Source: a bacterium (GTDB lineage: Bacteria; Desulfobacterota; DSWW01). Taken from it: a DNA stretch of 23,269 nucleotides. Each line of letters begins with the position of its first letter. Position 1 is the stretch's first letter. The translations under genes and the position numbers were made by a program. Below are positions 16,228 through 23,269 of this stretch, one piece after another. Under the pieces are notes generated by a model. The model had not been told where the DNA came from, did no database searches, and was given only the letters and a program-made list of their open reading frames with translations. The stretch is taken from contig JBFLZG010000143.1 in the NCBI GenBank assembly GCA_040756235.1, positions 1 through 23,269 of the forward strand, given 5' to 3'.

Positions 16228-16725
16228 ATGGAGCTGCTCTGCTTCGACGAAGATTTCCTCAGAGGATTTCCTTACGTTCGAAACGGCTTTTTTCTGGACC
16301 GTCTGCTGGAGGCGGACCCCGGGGAGAAACGGGTGACCTGTGAGATGGAGACCACCAAGACCTTTCCGCTGGTGGCCGAACAGCGGAACCATCCGGTCCT
16401 GCATCCGCCCCATCTCCCCGGAGGCGTGATCCTTCACCTGACCGGCATGGTTGGGTTCGTTGCCGCTCGCATCCTGCTCGGGATCCGGTTCGACGAGGGA
16501 TGGTCCGGATACGGGAGCCGCGTTCATCGGGCCGAGTTCAAGCGCCTCGTGCGGCTCGGGCCACCGGTTCGACTGGAGGGGCGGATCACGAGCGACCGGC
16601 GCCGCGGCAACATGGCCATCGTACGCTACGAGTTCCGGTTCACCCAGGAGAGCCTCCTCTTCTATTTCGGGGATCAGACGGCCGTTTATCGGCACCTGGG
16701 GAGCGGCCTCCTTCCCGACACGTGA
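16228..16725 (+). CDS. Divergent hotdog-fold protein, FabZ/FabA-like (165 aa)
   Basis: FPY..GFFLDRLLE (cf. FabZ LPHRxPFLLVDRV), HLPGGVIL, AEFKRLVRLG (cf. xFRxPVxPG); RBS GGAGG. Confidence 0.7.
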   Translation: MELLCFDEDFLRGFPYVRNGFFLDRLLEADPGEKRVTCEMETTKTFPLVAEQRNHPVLHPPHLPGGVILHLTGMVGFVAARILLGIRFDEGWSGYGSRVHRAEFKRLVRLGPPVRLEGRITSDRRRGNMAIVRYEFRFTQESLLFYFGDQTAVYRHLGSGLLPDT

Positions 16726-16810
16726 GAAGAAGCCGAGCTCGGGCATTGCCGCGCCTCCGGGCCCCTCCGGGAACCGCAACGGATCTCCAACTGCCTCGGG
16801 TCATTGGACG

Positions 16811-17674
16811 ATGCAGGAAGTGTGGCTCGCCGACGAAAGTGCGCTCCTGAAGCGTGTGGCGGAGCGATTGGCCGGGGTCCGGCCGGACTTCCTCGAACAG
16901 ATGCACTTGATCGAGCCGGAGCGGCTTCCGGGCAGAAGATGGCTCTCCTCGGGCATTCTGGTCCCGCTCGAATACGACCGGGCGCAGAGGGAGCCGCTCG
17001 TCATCCTGAACAAGCGCTCTGCTTCGGTGCTGCAGCCCGGCGACCTGTGCTTTCCGGGCGGGGGACTGGATCGGAAGAACGACCGGTTCCTGGGCTCGCT
17101 GCTGGCCTCCAGGTTCCTCCCTTTCGGCGCATCCCGCTTCTTGAAACCAGTTCCTCCGGGGCCGGAAAGGGATGCACTGCTCACGGTTCTCGCAACGGCG
17201 TTGCGCGAGAGTTGGGAGGAGATGAGGTTGCCGCCCTGGAGGGTGGAGATCCTGGGCGCCCTGAGCGCTCATCGGATGCAGAGCTTCCCCAGGATCATAT
17301 TCCCCCTCGTGGGCAGGATCCGGGGGGCCTGGAAGGCCAGGCCCAACCGGGAGGTGGAAAAGGTCCTGCATGTCCCGATCCGGGCCCTTCTTGCACCGGA
17401 AAACTACGGGACGTGCAGCATGCGGGTAGAGGGCTCGATGCCGGCAGGGGTGGAGATCCCCGACTGGGAAGTGCCTTGCCTGATCATTCCGGATCAGGGA
17501 AAGGACGAAATCCTGTGGGGGGCGACCTTCAAGATCCTGCTGACCTTCCTGGAGACCGCGCTCGATTTCCCCGTTTCCGAGATCCGTCCCGCCAGAAAAG
17601 TGACCCGGGTCCTGCCGGCCCATTACTTCACCGGGATAGAACGCCAGAAAGATGCAGGACAGGCGAAGCTCTGA
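16811..17674 (+). CDS. Nudix hydrolase, CoA pyrophosphatase-like (287 aa)
   Basis: LNKRS....PGDLCFPGG (CoA-type pre-motif), TALRESWEEMRL, PNREVEKV..VP, ILWGATFKIL; start approximate. Confidence 0.85.
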   Translation: MQEVWLADESALLKRVAERLAGVRPDFLEQMHLIEPERLPGRRWLSSGILVPLEYDRAQREPLVILNKRSASVLQPGDLCFPGGGLDRKNDRFLGSLLASRFLPFGASRFLKPVPPGPERDALLTVLATALRESWEEMRLPPWRVEILGALSAHRMQSFPRIIFPLVGRIRGAWKARPNREVEKVLHVPIRALLAPENYGTCSMRVEGSMPAGVEIPDWEVPCLIIPDQGKDEILWGATFKILLTFLETALDFPVSEIRPARKVTRVLPAHYFTGIERQKDAGQAKL

Positions 17675-17971
17675 GGCTTGTTCCGAGGAGCGGTAGCGGA
17701 AACTCTCGGCTACACATGGCCGCCGCGGCGGTGCAGGTAGGTTGCTTCGCAGAGCCTCGCAATCTCCGGCTTCACTTCGCTCGCAACAGGCTCCGCAGAT
17801 GGCCCGTTTGACTTGAAACCTTGCCAGAGGCTGGCGAGAAATGCCCAGATGCAAGGCAGGCGAAGCTTCGAGGCTTGTTCCGAGAAGCGGTAGCGACGAG
17901 GAAACCCCCGGGCACAAACGGGCGCCGCAGGTGCGCCGGGAGGTTGCTTCGGCAGAGCCTCGCAATCTCCG
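17650..17971. repeat. Two tandem diverged copies of a longer variant of the palindromic repeat
   Basis: Copy A (17650-17809) and copy B (17826-17971) share AGATGCA..CAGGCGAAGCT..GAGGCTTGTTCCGAG.AGCGGTAGCG and AGGTTGCTTCG.CAGAGCCTCGCAATCTCCG. B begins AGAGGCTG..AAATGCCCAGATGCAAGGC and A ends GCAGATGGCCCGTTT, like the element at 29-155. Confidence 0.8.
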
Positions 17972-17989
17972 CTATTTATCGTCAGCCCT

Positions 17990-18982
17990 TTACCACCTGA
18001 GGAGGGCCGAGGCCCACGTCCAACCCGACCCGAAGCTGCACAGGAGCGCGTGCTGCCCGGGCTTGAGCAGCCCTTTGCCGAGCGCCTCGTGCAGGGCGAT
18101 CGGGATGGAGGCAGCGGTCGTGTTGGCGTATTCCTGCATGTTGTTGTAGATCTTGTGCCGGGGAATCCCCATCTGCTGCGCCACGAACTCGATGATCCTC
18201 AGGTTGGCCTGGTGGAAGATGAACAGATCGACGTCTTCGATCTTGAAACGATTATGCGCCAGGGCCTCCTGCATGACCTGGGGGAGCTTTTCCACCGCAT
18301 GCTTGAAGACGACCTTGCCCTTCATGCGCGGATACATCCTTCCCTGGTCCAGCATTTCCTGGGTGGCCCAGCGGGGGTGAGCCGAGCCCGGGCATTCCAG
18401 CCACAGGCTCTCGGCGAACTCGCCGTCCGCGTGCAGGTGGGTCGAGAGCACGCCGCGGTCCTCCTCGGTCGGCGCCAGGATGACCACTCCGGCGCCGTCC
18501 CCGAACAGCACGGTTACGTCTCTCCCACGATCCGAGAACTCCAGGGCCATGGAATGCTTTTCCGATCCGACCACCAGGATCCTCTGGTACTGTCCGCCCC
18601 GGATGAAGTGGTCGGCGGTCGCCAGGGAATAGATGAAGCCGGAGCACTGGGCGCGAATGTCGATGGCCGGTACGCCGGGCAATCCGAGCTTCCTGCCCAG
18701 CAGGCACGCGCTGCCCGGAAAGTGATAGTCCGGGCTCAGAGTGGCCAGAACGATGCAGTCGATCTCCTTTGCGTCCATGCGGGCGTCCTGAAGGGCCCGC
18801 AGGGAGGCGCGGTACGCCAATTCCGCGCAGCCGACGTCGTCGGGTGCATAGCGCCTGCGTTCGATGCCGGTCCGCTGACGGATCCACTCGTCGCTCGTAG
18901 CAAACATCTTGGAGAGGTCGTCGTTGGTCACGACGCGGTCCGGAACGTAGAAGCCTGTGCTCAGGATGTAAGATCGCCGCAT
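17990..18982 (-). CDS. fabH: 3-oxoacyl-ACP synthase III (330 aa)
   Basis: TSDEWIRQRTGIERRR, catalytic AQCSGF, FHQANLRI, YANTTAASIP, VLFGDGAG, FGSGWTW. Confidence 0.94.
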   Translation of the reverse strand: MRRSYILSTGFYVPDRVVTNDDLSKMFATSDEWIRQRTGIERRRYAPDDVGCAELAYRASLRALQDARMDAKEIDCIVLATLSPDYHFPGSACLLGRKLGLPGVPAIDIRAQCSGFIYSLATADHFIRGGQYQRILVVGSEKHSMALEFSDRGRDVTVLFGDGAGVVILAPTEEDRGVLSTHLHADGEFAESLWLECPGSAHPRWATQEMLDQGRMYPRMKGKVVFKHAVEKLPQVMQEALAHNRFKIEDVDLFIFHQANLRIIEFVAQQMGIPRHKIYNNMQEYANTTAASIPIALHEALGKGLLKPGQHALLCSFGSGWTWASALLRW

Positions 18983-19089
18983 GCTGTGCTCCCTTCAGAC
19001 GGCAACCGGAAGGGGCACCCGGGGCCGCCGGCCAAGTTCAGACCTCCCCGGGCCGCGAGCGGCCGGGAAGGTATCTTGGCATTCATAGT

Positions 19090-19731
19090 CTATTCCGGTC
19101 GGTTTTTCAATGCGGGCTCTGGCGCAGAGGGAGGTCGCTTTCCGCGCAGGTGCAGCTCGTACCAGAAGAAAGCCATGAGGACCAAGGAGTGCGTGATTTC
19201 CCCGCTCGCGATCATGTCCGGAATGCGCTCGTAAGGGATCTCGATCACCTCGATGTCTTCCGTGCCTTCGAGACGCTGGGCTTGCCGGGGCCTCACGGAC
19301 TCGGCCAGGAAGGTGTGACAGAGGTTGTTCTGGATCGCCGGGTTGGGGTGGACGGCGCCGATATAGCGGAACCGCTCTGCCGCGTATCCGGTCTCTTCCA
19401 GGAGCTCCCTGCGGCCGGCCTCCTCCGGCGAAGTGTCCCCCGGATCCACCATGCCGCCCGGCACCTCCAGCACGAAGGCGCCGGTGCCGTGCCGGAACTG
19501 CCGGATCATGACCACATTGCCCTGAGGGGTCACCGGAACCACGTTCACCCAGTCCGCGGTGTCGAGGACGAGGAACGTGTGCTCTTTCCCCGTTCGGGGG
19601 GACCTCCTGAAATCGCGCCTGAGGTCGTAGATGCGGAAGGATTGAACGATCTCCGAACGCAGCAGGGGCCACGGCTCGAGCGGCGCGCCGCCTGTGCCCG
19701 TTTTAATAGGCCTGGTCGGCTGTTCAGGCAA
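19090..19731 (-). CDS. Nudix hydrolase, ADP-ribose pyrophosphatase-like (~213 aa)
   Basis: DWVNVVP..VVMIRQFRHG...LEVPGGMVDPGDTSPEEAGRRELLEETGY, PNPAIQNN, EDIEV. TTG start overlaps the upstream stop; start uncertain. Confidence 0.9.
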   Translation of the reverse strand: MPEQPTRPIKTGTGGAPLEPWPLLRSEIVQSFRIYDLRRDFRRSPRTGKEHTFLVLDTADWVNVVPVTPQGNVVMIRQFRHGTGAFVLEVPGGMVDPGDTSPEEAGRRELLEETGYAAERFRYIGAVHPNPAIQNNLCHTFLAESVRPRQAQRLEGTEDIEVIEIPYERIPDMIASGEITHSLVLMAFFWYELHLRGKRPPSAPEPALKNRPE

Positions 19732-21952
19732 TTCTCTTCTGCTCCCGCATGAGCTTCATCAGCGCGTAGTTGTCGCTGTGGCCGGTTCTCTGGGCCGTGA
19801 TCCTGCCCGAGACGGGCCTTCCCAGGAGATAGAAATCGCCGAGGATGTCGAGGATCTTGTGGCGGGCGAATTCATCGGGAAAACGCAGTGTCGTGTTCAC
19901 GACCTTCTCGTCGTCCACCAGGATGACGTTGTTCAAGCGGCCTCCGCTGGCAAGCCCCATGTTCTCGAGTTTTTCGACGTCCCGCAGGAAGCCGAACGTG
20001 CGGGCCGGAGCGATCTGCGCTTTGAACGCCTTCTCGCCGGTCAGGGTGAACTCGACCTCCTGTCGGCCGATCGGCTCCGGGTACTGCAGGATGTAGTGGA
20101 TTTCGAGGGCGTCGGCCGGCTCGATCCGGATGAACTTCGTGTCCGGCCCTTCCTCTCCGATCACGTACTTGCGGTCGACGGTGATCTCCTCCACGTACCC
20201 GTCCTGCTCCTCGATGCCAGCGTCCTCGATCATGGCGCAGAAATCCAGGGCGGAGCCGTCCATGATCGGCAGCTCGTCGTTGATCTTCACCAGGAGATTG
20301 TGGATCCGATAGCTGTGGAGCACTGCCAGGAAGTGCTCCGTGGTCTTGGCAAAGGTCGTTCCCTTGCGGAGGCACGTGGCGTATTCGGTCGAATCGACGT
20401 AATCGATGCGGGCGGGCACCACTTCCCCGGTGTTGATGCTCCCGAACAGGATGCCGCTGTCCGGGGGCAGGGGCGTCAGGATCATCCCGGTCTTGATGCC
20501 CGAGTGCAGTCCCTGACCGGACAGGACGACACTGCGCTTGAGGGTCCTCTGGCGCAGCAGGCGTCTGGACGATGCCTCGGCCAGGCCGATGTTGAGCTTT
20601 TCCACCTTGCGGGCGAGTCGGCGCACGTCCATGTTGAGGGCCTTGGCCGTGGTTCGGAGGTCGCCGTTTCTCTTCTTCATGTGATAGAGCAGGTAGTCCC
20701 TCTCCCAGGCTTCTTCCGCGTCCTGGTAAGACTGCCAGAGCTCGTACGCCTGCAGCCTGTCGTTCTCGGCCTCGAGCGGGCCGGCTCCCCGGATGGTCGG
20801 CGGGATGTCCCGGTAGGAGATGCGGGAGATGGGCACGGAGATGACCAGCCGCTCCACGATGTTCTTGAGCTCTTTGACGTTGCCCGGCCACTCGTGGGTC
20901 ATCAGGGCCTGCAGGGCTTCGTCATCGAACTCTTTCGGTTTGCGGCCGTACTCCATGCACTGAGTCTTCAGAAAGAACTGGGCGAGCTCAGGTATGTCGG
21001 ACTTGCGCTCCCGAAGGGGGGGGATCTTGATGATGCGGCCCTGGAAGATCTCCAGGAGCTGTTCGCTGAGCTTCCCCCCCTCCCGCACGGCCTTCTCCAG
21101 GTCCTTGGTGGACGAGGCCAGAATGCACGCAGGGCCTTTGGGAAGCACCGCGGGGGGAAGGCGCGTTTTCCTGCGGTCCCGAACGTATTCGGCAAGCCGT
21201 GCCTGCACCGCGGGAGGCAGCTCGTCGATCGCGTCCAGATAGAGGGTCCTGCCCGAGGCCTGTTCGAGCAGGCTCTTCCTGGATTCCTTGCGCCTGCCCC
21301 CCGGCTCCGCGTCGTGTCCGAAGATCGCTTCTTCCAGCTCCTCCTCGGGCCAAGTCGTGCAGTTGAACTTGACCAGCGGTTTCCTCTTGCCCAGATTCTG
21401 ACCGTGGAGGATCCTTGCGACGAGCTCCTTGCCCGTACCCGCCTCTCCGACGATCAGGACCGGTCCCTCCTCCTTGGCCAGGCGCGCGATGTCCTTGCGG
21501 AGCTTGCGCACCACCTCGCTCGCACCGATGAGCTCGTCCTTGCGCTGGGGTCGGAACCTCGTCTCGGCCTGATCCTTCAGGAGGAGAATCTGCTCCTGGA
21601 TCTTGCGAATGACTTCCAGGACATTGTCGAGAGACAGAGGCTTTTCCAGAAAATCGAAGGCGCCGAGCTTGATCGCCTGCACGGCGGTGTTCACGTTGCC
21701 GTGGCCGGTCATGATCACGACTTCGATGTCGGCATCGAACTCCTTGATGGCCCGGAGGGTCTCGATGCCGTCCATGCCGGGCAGCCAGATGTCCAGGAAG
21801 ATGATCTCCGGATGGCTGGTGCGGACCCGCTCCATGGCTTCCACACCGTCCCGGGCGGTCCAGACCTCGTAACCTTCGTCCTCGAGGCTGGCGCTCAACG
21901 TCTTCAGGATCTCCTCGGCATCGTCGACGAGGAGGATCTTCGCTTTGTGCAT
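19724..21952 (-). CDS. lpxC: Fusion: NtrX-like receiver + degenerate sigma54 AAA+ + Fis-like HTH + UDP-3-O-acyl-GlcNAc deacetylase LpxC (742 aa)
   Basis: REC (ILLVDD, FLDIWLPGMDG, MTGHG, AFDFLEKP); AAA+ (GEAGTGKELVAR, PPLRER..DI, WPGNVKELKN); HTH (NGDLRTTAKAL..LARKV); LpxC from ~20554 (QRTL, GQGLHSG, TEH, ELPIMDGSA, IAPARTFGF, LRFPDEFARHKILDILGD, GH). One uninterrupted frame. Confidence 0.93.
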   Translation of the reverse strand: MHKAKILLVDDAEEILKTLSASLEDEGYEVWTARDGVEAMERVRTSHPEIIFLDIWLPGMDGIETLRAIKEFDADIEVVIMTGHGNVNTAVQAIKLGAFDFLEKPLSLDNVLEVIRKIQEQILLLKDQAETRFRPQRKDELIGASEVVRKLRKDIARLAKEEGPVLIVGEAGTGKELVARILHGQNLGKRKPLVKFNCTTWPEEELEEAIFGHDAEPGGRRKESRKSLLEQASGRTLYLDAIDELPPAVQARLAEYVRDRRKTRLPPAVLPKGPACILASSTKDLEKAVREGGKLSEQLLEIFQGRIIKIPPLRERKSDIPELAQFFLKTQCMEYGRKPKEFDDEALQALMTHEWPGNVKELKNIVERLVISVPISRISYRDIPPTIRGAGPLEAENDRLQAYELWQSYQDAEEAWERDYLLYHMKKRNGDLRTTAKALNMDVRRLARKVEKLNIGLAEASSRRLLRQRTLKRSVVLSGQGLHSGIKTGMILTPLPPDSGILFGSINTGEVVPARIDYVDSTEYATCLRKGTTFAKTTEHFLAVLHSYRIHNLLVKINDELPIMDGSALDFCAMIEDAGIEEQDGYVEEITVDRKYVIGEEGPDTKFIRIEPADALEIHYILQYPEPIGRQEVEFTLTGEKAFKAQIAPARTFGFLRDVEKLENMGLASGGRLNNVILVDDEKVVNTTLRFPDEFARHKILDILGDFYLLGRPVSGRITAQRTGHSDNYALMKLMREQKRIA

Positions 21953-22030
21953 CCGAGGCACTTCCTTGCTGCGAAACGCCGAGGCGAGCTCCTTGTGGAT
22001 GCTGCCGCCAGCGCACTACAAAGCTTTTGA

Positions 22031-22058
22031 ATTATACCCGTCCATGCCGAAAACACAA
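22031..22058 (-). promoter_or_regulatory. Candidate promoter for the REC-LpxC operon
   Basis: Perfect TATAAT (22036-22031) with a weak -35 TTGTGT (22058-22053), 16-nt spacer. Confidence 0.4.
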
Positions 22059-22149
22059 ACCCGGAGGCTCTCCCTCGAGCGCAGCCCCGCGCCCGCGGCA
22101 GCCTCGGTGAGGGGCCTGGTCTTCGTCGGCGGGCCCGCACACCTGCACA

Positions 22150-22178
22150 TTGACCGGGTAGAGATCCGTCTCTATCAT
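22150..22178 (+). promoter_or_regulatory. Candidate sigma70 promoter for the heptose kinase gene
   Basis: TTGACC (22150-22155), N17, TATCAT (22173-22178). Confidence 0.55.
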
Positions 22179-22231
22179 GCTGCGAGGCCGCCGTGCCGCC
22201 GTGGGCGACCGTGCACAAGGTGAACACCGCG

Positions 22232-23218
22232 ATGAAAAAATGGGAATCTCTTCTGGCCCGCTTCGACCGGGCGAGCGTCCTCATCCTGGGAGACCTGATT
22301 CTGGATCAGTACATCTGGGGGGAGGTCCATCGGATCTCGCCGGAAGCGCCCATCCCGGTGGTCGAGGTCCTGCGCGAGACCTTTTCCCTGGGCGGAGCCG
22401 CCAACGTGGCCCACAACGCCAGATCCCTGGGGGCGCGGGTCGAGGTATGCGGCGTGGTTGGGGGCGACGCATACGGCCGCAAGATCCTGGAGATGTTGCG
22501 GGAGAAGGGAATCGGCACGAGGGGCGTGCTGCAGGACCCGTCCCGGCCGACCACCCTGAAAACCCGGATCGTGGCGCATCGGCAGCAGGTGGTTCGCGTG
22601 GACCGGGAGGACCCGAGCCTACTGGAAGAGAATCTGCTGGCGACCATGAAACTGCGGATCCGGGAGGCTCTGCCGGAGGTCGACGCCATCGTGGTGGAGG
22701 ATTACGGGAAGGGGGTCATCCAGGAAGGGCTCCTCCGGGAGATCGTCCCCACGGTCCGCAAAGACGGAAAGATCGTCACCGTGGATCCCAAGAAGGACCA
22801 CTTCGATCTCTACCGGGGCGTCTCCGCCATCACGCCGAACCGGCAGGAAGCGGAGCTGGCCGCCGGTGTGCGGATCTCGGATGCCCGTTCTTTGCGCGAG
22901 GCCGGAATCCGGCTTTCGAAAAGGCTGGCTGGATCGGCCGTGCTCATCAAGCTGGGCGACAAAGGCATGTGCCTTTTCGAGGCGGGCCAGGAGCCTTTTG
23001 AGATACCGGCCCATCCCCGGGAGGTGTACGACGTCTCCGGGGCAGGCGACACGGTCATCGCCGTGTTCACCACGGCCCTGGTCGCGGGAGCGGACCTGAG
23101 GCAGGCCGCGACCCTCTCCAACCTTGCCGGCGGCCTCGTGGTGGAGAAGCTCGGCACCGCTACGGTCACCCGCGAGGAAATGCGCGCCAGGCTCTCCGAG
23201 CTCGGCAGGCCAGGGTGA
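22232..23218 (+). CDS. rfaE1: D-glycero-D-manno-heptose-7-phosphate kinase (stand-alone HldE kinase domain, PfkB family) (328 aa)
   Basis: GDLILDQYIWG.V.RISPEAPIPVV, LGGAANVA, PTTLKTRI, DYGKG, VDPK, ITPNRQE, EVYDVSGAGDTVIA, VVEKLGTA; no fused adenylyltransferase domain. Confidence 0.93.
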   Translation: MKKWESLLARFDRASVLILGDLILDQYIWGEVHRISPEAPIPVVEVLRETFSLGGAANVAHNARSLGARVEVCGVVGGDAYGRKILEMLREKGIGTRGVLQDPSRPTTLKTRIVAHRQQVVRVDREDPSLLEENLLATMKLRIREALPEVDAIVVEDYGKGVIQEGLLREIVPTVRKDGKIVTVDPKKDHFDLYRGVSAITPNRQEAELAAGVRISDARSLREAGIRLSKRLAGSAVLIKLGDKGMCLFEAGQEPFEIPAHPREVYDVSGAGDTVIAVFTTALVAGADLRQAATLSNLAGGLVVEKLGTATVTREEMRARLSELGRPG

Positions 23219-23221
23219 GCG

Positions 23222-23250
23222 GTAGGGGCGAAAGATCTTTCGCCCCTCAC
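23222..23250. repeat. REP-like GTAG palindrome
   Basis: GT followed by the perfect 24-bp palindrome AGGGGCGAAAGA|TCTTTCGCCCCT (23224-23247), just after the rfaE1 stop. Confidence 0.6.
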
Positions 23251-23269
23251 GCCATGACTGCCAGTTGCG

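Noticed and set aside
17650..17971. Possible CRISPR-like repeat-spacer pattern
   Set aside because: Only two long diverged units whose 'spacers' are homologous to each other; no cas genes.
19694..22030. 778-aa (+) ORF and similar long ORFs (895-2520, 8770-10140, 9788-11242, 11076-12452, 12981-14903, 16640-17965, 18050-19234)
   Set aside because: Opposite-strand shadows of well-supported genes with no recognisable motifs; expected from high-GC codon bias.

Overview
GC-rich bacterial chromosomal segment. Gene content and the intergenic repeat style suggest a Gram-negative, probably deltaproteobacterial (Desulfobacterota-like) lineage; this is inference only. It holds about 20 real CDSs, mostly housekeeping or metabolic: SAM methyltransferase, a PRTase plus alpha/beta-hydrolase pair, an HhH protein, GTP-PEPCK, DUF2284-like, CMD-family, a secreted papain-family protease with three tandem 115-aa C-terminal repeats, an NADP oxidoreductase, 5'-nucleotidase, TypA, a csp-RRM-basic-peptide cluster, a divergent hotdog protein, two Nudix hydrolases, FabH and a heptose-7-P kinase. 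It also has a decayed secreted-protein gene and several copies of a structured palindromic repeat. The standout is a single 742-aa ORF (19724-21952, minus). It fuses an intact NtrX-like receiver domain, a degenerate sigma54-type AAA+ domain (no GAFTGA, Walker B E>A, arginine motifs lost) and a Fis-like HTH to a catalytically intact LpxC. It is transcribed divergently from the LPS heptose kinase and upstream of Nudix and fabH, making it a candidate phosphorylation-switched control of lipid A synthesis. No rRNA, tRNA, CRISPR array or transposase was seen. Most long ORFs in the supplied track are antisense or off-frame shadows.
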